Positions 35,220-42,429 of a DNA stretch of 62,023 bases are shown one piece after another. The translations under genes and the position numbers were made by a program. This DNA comes from a virus. The stretch is from IMG/VR virus record IMGVR_UViG_3300001687_001193, one strand, 5' to 3'. A model generated the notes under the pieces. It saw only the letters and a program-made list of their open reading frames with translations. It was not told the DNA's origin and ran no database searches. The stretch's first letter is position 1. Each line of letters begins with the position of its first letter.

Positions 35220-35723
35220 ATGTACATCTACACAGACAAAACAACAGTATACAAGTCAGATATTGTGTCTTTTGTTGAATCTTTCTCTGAGACAGCAAAT
35301 GAAAAAATTATAAAAGAATGTATTAGAACACTAATGCGATGGTATGATTCGTTAGAAGCATCTATGGCCAGTTATCTTGTGGCAAGAGGTGTTAAGATAG
35401 TCTACATGTTAGGATCTTGTTTTGTTAGCATAAAGAGCGAACAAGAGCGAGAACTTGTAGAAAAAATCATGGTAGGCGGTGTGGAAATGATGCTAGGGCC
35501 TAAGAGTACCGAGATCACCTCATGTGAGCCTATAGTATTTTCTACGTCTGGATGTGGTCTCATGATCGGTATAGCTGCGCAACCATGGGTGGTTGAAACA
35601 TATCAATGGTTGATGGATAATAAAAGTAATTTACCCGAACGCGTATTTGAATCCCTAGAAGGACAGTTATTGGGATACGACTCTATTTCTATACAGAAGT
35701 TTGTTGACACTAGATGTGTCTAA
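35220..35723 (+). CDS. hypothetical protein (start uncertain)
   Basis: Internal ATG of ORF 35142, downstream of the repeat copy. Confidence 0.35.
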   Translation: MYIYTDKTTVYKSDIVSFVESFSETANEKIIKECIRTLMRWYDSLEASMASYLVARGVKIVYMLGSCFVSIKSEQERELVEKIMVGGVEMMLGPKSTEITSCEPIVFSTSGCGLMIGIAAQPWVVETYQWLMDNKSNLPERVFESLEGQLLGYDSISIQKFVDTRCV

Positions 35724-35750
35724 GAAAGCAGATATCGATACAATATATAA

Positions 35751-36230
35751 ATGTCAAACAGAACAACAACTTTTACGGACTATTGGACGGAAGACCTTAC
35801 CTACACGTACACCGGTACCACCGCAAATAATACCACTCCATCGCCAAGGTACTACCTTTATACAACCTGGTCTGATTCGCAGTCCGTTGGCAGAAATGCA
35901 GGACGCAGCACTGATCCGTTTGTCGTGGAGCCTAACCCATTTACTACAGAAGTTGACGAAGAACCCAGCGTAGAAGAGCGTCTTATAGAGTTTTATCAGT
36001 GGTTGAAAGAGGATGCTAGGGAAATTGAACTGGAAGACCCAGATGCTGCTAGATGCGTGGAGTCGGTTATTCGCGATATGAAGCGGGTTTTCTTAGAGTT
36101 GCTTGATGCCGAGGTGTTTTGGGAATCATATGAAAAAACTCGGCTCCCATGTGCTACACATGTAACAGATTACCAAAATCTCGTGACGTTCGGCGGTTCT
36201 GATGTTGAGCGTTTCAGAGAACATGGGTAA
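35751..36230 (+). CDS. hypothetical protein
   Basis: 159-aa ORF. Confidence 0.35.
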   Translation: MSNRTTTFTDYWTEDLTYTYTGTTANNTTPSPRYYLYTTWSDSQSVGRNAGRSTDPFVVEPNPFTTEVDEEPSVEERLIEFYQWLKEDAREIELEDPDAARCVESVIRDMKRVFLELLDAEVFWESYEKTRLPCATHVTDYQNLVTFGGSDVERFREHG

Positions 36231-36250
36231 CATTATATAGGTAATAAAAA

Positions 36251-36595
36251 ATGACAGTATACCAGCAACCTGGAATATATATAAATAATATATCTTATTC
36301 GTGGTGTCCTAAGGATACATACAAAGAGAATCCGCTTGAGGTAAAGCTTAAAAAATTTTACCAATCATTAATACAGAGAGCAGAAAAAATCAGAAAGAAA
36401 GACCCGAAGGCGATGGGCTCTATAGAGGCCATTATAGATAAGATTGAGGAAATGTTTCCAGAATTATCTCCGGAAGTAACAGAATGCGATGGTTCGTCTA
36501 GGAACTTGCCTCCGAGCCGCGTGGGCATCAGAGAGGATATAAATGAAAACGATAATTGCGATCGGCTTATTGACTTTGGTAACCTGTCTTACTAG
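36251..36595 (+). CDS. hypothetical protein
   Basis: 114-aa ORF. Confidence 0.35.
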   Translation: MTVYQQPGIYINNISYSWCPKDTYKENPLEVKLKKFYQSLIQRAEKIRKKDPKAMGSIEAIIDKIEEMFPELSPEVTECDGSSRNLPPSRVGIREDINENDNCDRLIDFGNLSY

Positions 36596-36926
36596 TAATG
36601 AAACGTTGGCTAGAGGGTGCAAAAATTCAAGCGAAGGATTTTATGCGTCGCAAATTGTTAGTAAGTTAGAAACTATACCCGTGTTGAAGTGGGAAATTGA
36701 CAATTTGACTGACGCTATTTTGCTACGTCGGCGCGGCGTGCTTATAGAAATTAGAAAGGATGGCAGCTTGTTATCAAGTTATCAGCCCATTACACTGCCT
36801 GCTATCACTGTGAAAAAAGCCAAGGAATTGTACCAAAGAGTTATATGTTCTAAACAGTCAAGAAATATGCAAATAATTATCAAGACCCTTAAGGTACTTG
36901 GTATTGATTGGAGGCGATGGCCCTAG
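36543..36926 (+). CDS. secreted protein (signal peptide)
   Basis: N-terminal MKTIIAIGLLTLVTCLTSNE hydrophobic signal. Confidence 0.4.
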   Translation: MKTIIAIGLLTLVTCLTSNETLARGCKNSSEGFYASQIVSKLETIPVLKWEIDNLTDAILLRRRGVLIEIRKDGSLLSSYQPITLPAITVKKAKELYQRVICSKQSRNMQIIIKTLKVLGIDWRRWP

Positions 36927-36995
36927 TTGGTCGGGGCAACCGGCTGGAACCCGGTGGGTTGAGAGGCTCCTAGAGTTCAATTCTCTACGCCTCCG
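36910..36995 (+). tRNA. tRNA-Ser(GGA)
   Basis: Class II fold: acceptor GGAGGCG/CGCCTCC, anticodon stem ACCGG/CCGGT, loop CTGGAAC, 15-nt variable arm, T-arm TAGAG-TTCAATT-CTCTA, G73. Confidence 0.55.
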
Positions 36996-37103
36996 CATGG
37001 AGAAGATTGATATATGACCGAGGCGAACAATGATGAAATTACTGAAGATAGTCAATAAGTTTCGTTGTTTTCTCAACAAGTTGGAACAGATAGGCAGGAA
37101 AAA

Positions 37104-37211
37104 ATGGGAAAATCTGATTCGGGACTAGACATTGGAGTCTTGCTATTTTGGGCTATTGTAGCTGGGATAATAATATTAGTATCTGGGCTAACCATATATG
37201 CGTACTGGTAA
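37104..37211 (+). CDS. small hydrophobic peptide (35 aa; not in the ORF track)
   Basis: AGGCAGGAAAAA then ATG; single TM helix. Confidence 0.35.
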   Translation: MGKSDSGLDIGVLLFWAIVAGIIILVSGLTIYAYW

Positions 37212-37226
37212 GGAGCCGGAACATAA

Positions 37227-37322
37227 ATGCCAATAGAATTTCCAAATGAAGCTATTATTCTGGGTGCTCTTGCCCTACTAATCATAATAGTTATGCTATC
37301 TGTGTCTGGTAAAAATAAATGA
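37227..37322 (+). CDS. small hydrophobic peptide (31 aa; not in the ORF track)
   Basis: AAGGAGCC RBS; single TM helix; ATGA overlap with the next gene. Confidence 0.35.
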   Translation: MPIEFPNEAIILGALALLIIIVMLSVSGKNK

Positions 37323-37726
37323 GAAAGAAATACAGAGAAGATTGCAGAAAAAGGCTAATCATTCCCGAGATATACCCGCTAACCGAAATAGTTTCTAGAG
37401 GCAATATATACTTCTATACTAAATCCGGGACGCCGATAGCAAAAAATTATGTAAGAGTGGTAATAGGTGATCGTGGGCCGTACATTGAATTTACTGAGAA
37501 GAATATGAATCATGATGCATTGCGCATACCTGATTCTCAAATGTGGCGCGTATCACATGGAGGCTGCTATTACATAGAGTTAAGGTCGACAGACGAGGCA
37601 TATGTTAAAGTGTACTTACAAAAACGGGCAGTAAAGTACGCTGATTATGTAGTAGGGTTTTACTATATTTCCCCATTTGAACTAAAATCGGATAAATATC
37701 CTATTTTAATAACGAAGGAGTCGTGA
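37319..37726 (+). CDS. hypothetical protein
   Basis: 135-aa ORF. Confidence 0.4.
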   Translation: MRKKYREDCRKRLIIPEIYPLTEIVSRGNIYFYTKSGTPIAKNYVRVVIGDRGPYIEFTEKNMNHDALRIPDSQMWRVSHGGCYYIELRSTDEAYVKVYLQKRAVKYADYVVGFYYISPFELKSDKYPILITKES

Positions 37727-38001
37727 TGCGACGTTTACTATTAGTGGCCATCAGTTTTGCATTTATTACTGGTTGTAGTGGGGCCAAACAAATGTATCTG
37801 GGTACTGCTATGCAAGTTTGTGGAGAGCATTGTACCGCTTTACACCCAGATACTACTATAATTGGAATCGCTGTTAATGTCACACCGGGCGGGATGGAAA
37901 ATGGCATTATAGACCAGTGTATCTGTACACTTAGTAATGGTGAAACTTCCACCATAGATAGAGTCAAGAGCGATAAACAACTTGTCGTAGAAGTTGAATG
38001 A
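37723..38001 (+). CDS. lipoprotein
   Basis: Signal peptide with lipobox FITGC. Confidence 0.5.
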   Translation: MMRRLLLVAISFAFITGCSGAKQMYLGTAMQVCGEHCTALHPDTTIIGIAVNVTPGGMENGIIDQCICTLSNGETSTIDRVKSDKQLVVEVE

Positions 38002-38005
38002 AATA

Positions 38006-38078
38006 GCGGGCGTAGTATAACGGTTTAGTACGTTACATTGCCGGTGTAGAGGTGGGAGTTCAATTCTCCCCGCCCGCA
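38006..38078 (+). tRNA. tRNA-Gly(GCC)
   Basis: Acceptor GCGGGCG/CGCCCGC, anticodon stem TTACA/TGTAG, loop TTGCCGG, T-arm GGGAG-TTCAATT-CTCCC. Confidence 0.65.
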
Positions 38079-38089
38079 CGGAGGAAACA

Positions 38090-38755
38090 ATGAGAATAGT
38101 TGCAGTTTCTGATACGCATGCAGATCATAGGGACATTCCTTACATTCCAGACGGAGATGTGTTTATACACGCTGGCGATTTCTTGAATTTTGGCTACGAA
38201 ACAGATTATCTCGGCGGCGATATACTTGGCGATTTTTATAAGTGGATAGAACATTTACCACACAAGTATAAGATTTTGATCGCTGGTAATCACGATTACT
38301 TTCTAGATAAAGAACCAAAAAGAATACAAGAACTTCCATGTACGTATTTACAGGATGCCTCTATCGAAATAGAAGGTCTAAAGATATATGGAAGCCCATG
38401 GGTCCCACACGTTATAGGTATTGGTTCTTTTAGTGTTATCGAAGGTAGCGATATGATTGAAAAATGGTCACTGATGCCCAATGACGTGGACATATTAGTC
38501 ACCCATGCCGCTCCATTTGGCTATGGGGACACGCCGTATAGAAAAGGAGGCGTCGTGAAAAGGTCTGGTAGTGAAAAAATACAGCATGTGGGCTGCGTTG
38601 ACTTAATGAATAAAGTGAAAGAAGTAAAGCCGAGAATACATATCTTCGGTCACATACACGCCAGTAGTGGTTTCGACGAAGAAACTGACGGCACACGATT
38701 CATCAACGTCTCTTATGACAAACATAGAAAAGAAATTGTCGTTATAGATATATAA
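38090..38755 (+). CDS. calcineurin-like metallophosphoesterase
   Basis: VSDTHADH ... HAGDF ... AGNHD ... GHIH are the ordered MPP motifs. Confidence 0.65.
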   Translation: MRIVAVSDTHADHRDIPYIPDGDVFIHAGDFLNFGYETDYLGGDILGDFYKWIEHLPHKYKILIAGNHDYFLDKEPKRIQELPCTYLQDASIEIEGLKIYGSPWVPHVIGIGSFSVIEGSDMIEKWSLMPNDVDILVTHAAPFGYGDTPYRKGGVVKRSGSEKIQHVGCVDLMNKVKEVKPRIHIFGHIHASSGFDEETDGTRFINVSYDKHRKEIVVIDI

Positions 38756-38766
38756 GGAGTTTTAGA

Positions 38767-39222
38767 ATGTCTTATGCATGGAAAAACGAGCCACATATGC
38801 CAAGTTATCTACATAGTTTAGAGGCGCATAGACTTTCTTATTTAAAAGCAATTGTAGAAAACCATAGCCGACCTTTTAATCTCAGCCCTGGAACAACGCT
38901 GGAAAACTTAATAGAATTAGACCTATGGCCGTGTACCAGGTGTATGTCGGATGGCAAGATATTCGACCCAGCAGACTATGATATAATCGAAGGGAACAAA
39001 TTAGCCAGGCATATAGCGTGTCCCCTATGCGGTGGTCGCGGTCATATAAGCAAGGAATTGTTCCAAAAAATACATGACAAGGCAATCAGGCCGTATCGAC
39101 GGACGATCAAGAAACACATTGAAATAGCCCTAGAAGTCGAAAAGATATTAGAAAAGTTGACAGAAGAAGAGATAAAGATACTAGAGAAGTGGTATGGTTA
39201 TGTAGAGCCATCTCGTCGTTGA
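38767..39222 (+). CDS. hypothetical protein with CPLCGGRGH motif
   Basis: AAGGAG RBS. Confidence 0.4.
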   Translation: MSYAWKNEPHMPSYLHSLEAHRLSYLKAIVENHSRPFNLSPGTTLENLIELDLWPCTRCMSDGKIFDPADYDIIEGNKLARHIACPLCGGRGHISKELFQKIHDKAIRPYRRTIKKHIEIALEVEKILEKLTEEEIKILEKWYGYVEPSRR

Positions 39223-39224
39223 AG

Positions 39225-39308
39225 GCCCCTGTGTCGTAATTGGTAGGCGAGCCGGTCTCAAAAATCGGTGCTCATAGGAGCGTGCTGGTTCGAATCCAGC
39301 CAGGGGCA
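39225..39308 (+). tRNA. tRNA-Leu(CAA)
   Basis: Class II fold: acceptor GCCCCTG/CAGGGGC, 3-bp D stem, anticodon stem CCGGT/ATCGG, loop CTCAAAA, 15-nt variable arm, T-arm GCTGG-TTCGAAT-CCAGC, A73. Confidence 0.6.
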
Positions 39309-39322
39309 CATGGAGGAAGAAC

Positions 39323-39604
39323 ATGAAATGTGATAGGTGCGGATGTCAGTTCAGTATATGTGATAAGTGCGGCATGTCTGTATTGCTCGGCTCGTCAAGT
39401 GCTGAGCATTATATGAAGTGTGCTTGGGGAAATCCGGTATTTGCGTGTAAGGATGGCGGCTATCTGCCGTGGGAAGCACCAGGCGGAGAATGCCCACAGT
39501 GTTGGAACAAAGAAAATGGCCGTGGCAAGCCGGTTCTTGCAGATTCGCCATTAGGCCGCAGAATAAAAGAGGTTACGTGCCGTGAAAAAGGAGAGATAAA
39601 ATGA
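39323..39604 (+). CDS. hypothetical Cys-rich protein
   Basis: Multiple CxxC motifs; GGAGGAAG RBS. Confidence 0.4.
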   Translation: MKCDRCGCQFSICDKCGMSVLLGSSSAEHYMKCAWGNPVFACKDGGYLPWEAPGGECPQCWNKENGRGKPVLADSPLGRRIKEVTCREKGEIK

Positions 39605-39795
39605 TAGCGCTCAGTTTAACCGCTCTTTGCCTTGGACTTGTGTTTATAATTGGCGGCACAATAATATCTAGAGTTGTCGATGACGAACTGGGACTTGGGA
39701 TGACTACAGTTGGTACAATTATGTCTATTTTTTCAGTGGTATTTGTGATAGGAACACTTTTATACAGATTCTTTACAAGTTTGGGTGTAAGTTAA
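39601..39795 (+). CDS. small membrane protein
   Basis: Two TM helices. Confidence 0.4.
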   Translation: MIALSLTALCLGLVFIIGGTIISRVVDDELGLGMTTVGTIMSIFSVVFVIGTLLYRFFTSLGVS

Positions 39796-40104
39796 ATGAG
39801 TCAAATCGTTAAATATTACGACAAATGTATTAGAAGATATAAGATAGCGCTATGGATAAGCGTAGTAAGCATAATAGTGCTAATTGGGTTGTCTATATTC
39901 AGCGGAGCCACGGGCCATAATGCGGCATTAATATCGTGCATCATATTATGCATATTCCCATTTTTCCAGATTATATCGAATCAGAAAAATATTGATCATT
40001 TCGAGAGAATGAAAATGCATACACTATCTATTAAAAGTTCTATGGAGGACTTAGCTGATCGTGTAGTTGAAAATTCTTTAGAAAAGGAGTTAGGCGAGGA
40101 GTAG
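39796..40104 (+). CDS. membrane protein
   Basis: Two TM helices, then a soluble tail. Confidence 0.4.
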   Translation: MSQIVKYYDKCIRRYKIALWISVVSIIVLIGLSIFSGATGHNAALISCIILCIFPFFQIISNQKNIDHFERMKMHTLSIKSSMEDLADRVVENSLEKELGEE

Positions 40105-40311
40105 ATGTTTGGAGAAATTTTTAAAAGAATATTCTTAGAGTGTTGGTGCAGACATGAGTGGGTAGACATCGGAAACGGCGAACTTACATATGACGAAAAA
40201 GTTTTGGCACAATGTGCCGTATGCTTTAAAACCAAGAGCTTCCAGCCGCACATGGCTAGGGACTTCATAACTTACGACGAGTGGATAGAAAAAAGAAATG
40301 CAGAAATGTGA
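40105..40311 (+). CDS. hypothetical protein
   Basis: 68 aa with Cys pairs. Confidence 0.35.
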   Translation: MFGEIFKRIFLECWCRHEWVDIGNGELTYDEKVLAQCAVCFKTKSFQPHMARDFITYDEWIEKRNAEM

Positions 40312-40446
40312 TTGGTGTCATAGATTGACAAGATGCGAGGACTTAGTTGAATGGCCCCCTACAGGCGGTGAATTCATGATTATCTGTATGAGGTGTTGTC
40401 AAAGATTGAAAATAAGGCCCAATAAGGCATTAGGAGGCAATGAACG

Positions 40447-40770
40447 ATGAGCGACAGCAACTGTCCGGATTGTGGCGGGTATCTGTACTGGCACAAAACG
40501 GACTGCCCGAGAACAACAGAGAAACTTCGCGCCCGCATCGCCGACCTAGAGGCCGAGGTGGAGCGGCTGCGAAGCTACATCAGGGGCGTACAAGAGGCGC
40601 AGGCAGTGTCTGAATCGCTGGCCAGTGAGCGCAGCATCGAGGTGGAGCGGCTGCGGGGGTTGCTGCGGAAGGCGTTGAAGGCGTTTGAGGGGTGTATCTG
40701 CGGTGACGAAACGCGAAAGTGCGCAGACATTGAGCGCCGCATCGAAGCCGCGCTGAAGGAGGGGCAGTGA
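40447..40770 (+). CDS. hypothetical protein (CPDCGGYLYWH family, GC-rich copy)
   Basis: N-terminus paralogous to ORF 32706; about 60 percent GC versus about 42 percent background; internal 17-bp direct repeat GAGGTGGAGCGGCTGCG. Confidence 0.45.
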   Translation: MSDSNCPDCGGYLYWHKTDCPRTTEKLRARIADLEAEVERLRSYIRGVQEAQAVSESLASERSIEVERLRGLLRKALKAFEGCICGDETRKCADIERRIEAALKEGQ

Positions 40771-40817
40771 ACCACATCACCCAGCTCACTTTCCTTGCTG
40801 GGTTTACGCGTCTCTAG

Positions 40818-40892
40818 GCCCCAAAAGTGTTAATGGTTGCACGCTAGTTTCGTAATCTAGAAGACTTCGCGGTTCGATTCCGAGTTGGGGCT
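40818..40892 (+). other. tRNA-like element with apparent 9-nt anticodon loop
   Basis: Perfect acceptor GCCCCAA/TTGGGGC, T-arm CGCGG-TTCGATT-CCGAG, anticodon-region stem CTAG/CTAG with loop TTTCGTAAT. Confidence 0.3.
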
Positions 40893-41140
40893 CGCTTCCT
40901 TGCCCGCTGAGGGTTGAAGAGGTAGGGGACCAGAAGGTCTATACTAGTTATGACTGGAAGTCAGTTGCGTTAGCCGGTACCCCCGCAGAGGCGGGGCGGA
41001 AACGGGGCAAGCCGGCCCGATGGCTGGTGGGCATTTCGGTGTACAACGGATGCTCGGCCTAGGCGAGAGGTAGTTGCCACAACGGGAGACAGGGTTCGGC
41101 ACACTCCCACACCGCATGGTGCCGTCATACGCCCCTGAAG
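40893..41140. ncRNA. GC-rich structured noncoding region (candidate ncRNA) between two tRNA-like elements
   Basis: No + ORF; local GC about 60 percent; hairpins CCCCGC-AGAG-GCGGGG, TGACT-GGA-AGTCA, GGGAG...CTCCC. Confidence 0.25.
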
Positions 41141-41213
41141 CATTTATTGGATGATGCCTGGTCTTGTAAACCAGAGAATTCGGATCGTTACCGAGCTGGG
41201 GCTCGACTGTAAA
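41141..41213 (+). tRNA. tRNA-Thr(TGT)-like with atypical T-loop (ATCGTTA)
   Basis: Acceptor GCCCCTG/CTGGGGC (1 mismatch), D GCAT/ATGC, anticodon stem CTGGT/ACCAG, loop CTTGTAA, T-arm TTCGG-ATCGTTA-CCGAG. Confidence 0.4.
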
Positions 41214-41224
41214 ATGGAGAGATA

Positions 41225-41662
41225 ATGAAGAGAAAATCAAGCATGCAACGCTATGCGGAAAGATATCCTGGGTGCAGATTCGTGGGGTTTTGGCGGAAAT
41301 ATAAATATGAAGAGGACTATTTTTCTTCCTCTGTAATTCTACGGGCAAGAGAATTAGAAGATATTGAGGACGATTTTAACGTAGATTGCTTGCCATGGCC
41401 AGCAGATCTAGTAGATGAGGCACAGAGCCCAGTTATCTTAGAAAAGCTCGCGGAATATCTAGATAAATGCCCCAACAAAGAAAAATATTGCGGCTATTCC
41501 AGATGTCGGATATGTAAAGAACATGTTGGATCTAAGGACAAAGGAGACGGAACTTGGGTGTGGCCTGAGGGTTTGTCGCATTACGTACGAGAACACAAAG
41601 TGAAGCTACCTGATGATTTTATTAGGTGGGTTATTTATGGTGTACAGGAGCAAGAATCATGA
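41225..41662 (+). CDS. hypothetical protein
   Basis: GGAGAGATA then ATG; CxxC pairs. Confidence 0.4.
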   Translation: MKRKSSMQRYAERYPGCRFVGFWRKYKYEEDYFSSSVILRARELEDIEDDFNVDCLPWPADLVDEAQSPVILEKLAEYLDKCPNKEKYCGYSRCRICKEHVGSKDKGDGTWVWPEGLSHYVREHKVKLPDDFIRWVIYGVQEQES

Positions 41663-42057
41663 ACGCGGCCGATTATTATCTATTTGGCGGAGCAGCAACA
41701 ATTGGATATGTATTTTTAGTAATGTTAGTGCATAGCATAGCAATTAGAATACACGATTTCGAGGATGAATTTAACGCGTGGTTGTTCTGTAGTTTCTGGC
41801 CAATCATGGGCGTCGGCGCTGTACTTTGGCTTGCAACGCATCGTTGGCCATCTGTCATAGCCGCTAAGATTTCAGTATGGCGCACAAGCAGGATAAACAA
41901 AGCTGAAGAGCTGTATGACACTGTCCGCATACCAAAAGAAAATATTAGCGACTTAAACGAATATAGGCGCTTAGGAGAGGCAGTGATGCTAATCCAGTAT
42001 AAACTGACGTCGTATGAAACCGCAAACAAGGTTCCAATTGAAGAGAGAATGATGTAA
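41626..42057 (+). CDS. membrane protein
   Basis: Three hydrophobic helices. Confidence 0.4.
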   Translation: MGYLWCTGARIMNAADYYLFGGAATIGYVFLVMLVHSIAIRIHDFEDEFNAWLFCSFWPIMGVGAVLWLATHRWPSVIAAKISVWRTSRINKAEELYDTVRIPKENISDLNEYRRLGEAVMLIQYKLTSYETANKVPIEERMM

Positions 42058-42428
42058 TGAAGCTGCTTAAAGATTATTTTAGACTTAAAAAAGAAATTCA
42101 TGACTATTTCGGGTACCGCGAAGATTGGGTAGACATTCCGCTATCAGACGAGACAGATTGTTACTGGTTCGTTACAGGGGAAGGCCATGGCGGTGTCTGT
42201 GTGTGGGGAGATGAGCCCCTAACTGAAGAATTTGTGAGAGATGGGGGAATATATAGCGGTCCCATATATACACAAAGGTTTTTACCAAAGTGGGTTTACA
42301 GGAAAGATGACTATACCATGGTTTGCGTCGATACCCAAACCGACGGGAACAAATTTCTAATGATATTCGATAACTCCAAGGAATGTAAAGATCAGAAAGT
42401 AGTAGAAGCATATAAAGAAGCGTGGTGA
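42057..42428 (+). CDS. hypothetical protein
   Basis: ATGA overlap with the upstream gene. Confidence 0.4.
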   Translation: MKLLKDYFRLKKEIHDYFGYREDWVDIPLSDETDCYWFVTGEGHGGVCVWGDEPLTEEFVRDGGIYSGPIYTQRFLPKWVYRKDDYTMVCVDTQTDGNKFLMIFDNSKECKDQKVVEAYKEAW

Positions 42429-42429
42429 A

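Noticed and set aside
40893-41140. tmRNA hypothesis for the GC-rich structured region between the two tRNA-like elements
   Set aside because: I could not find a tag-peptide reading frame ending in a hydrophobic A/L-rich C-terminus, and the flanking tRNA-like pieces each fold as complete units rather than as a split tRNA-like domain.
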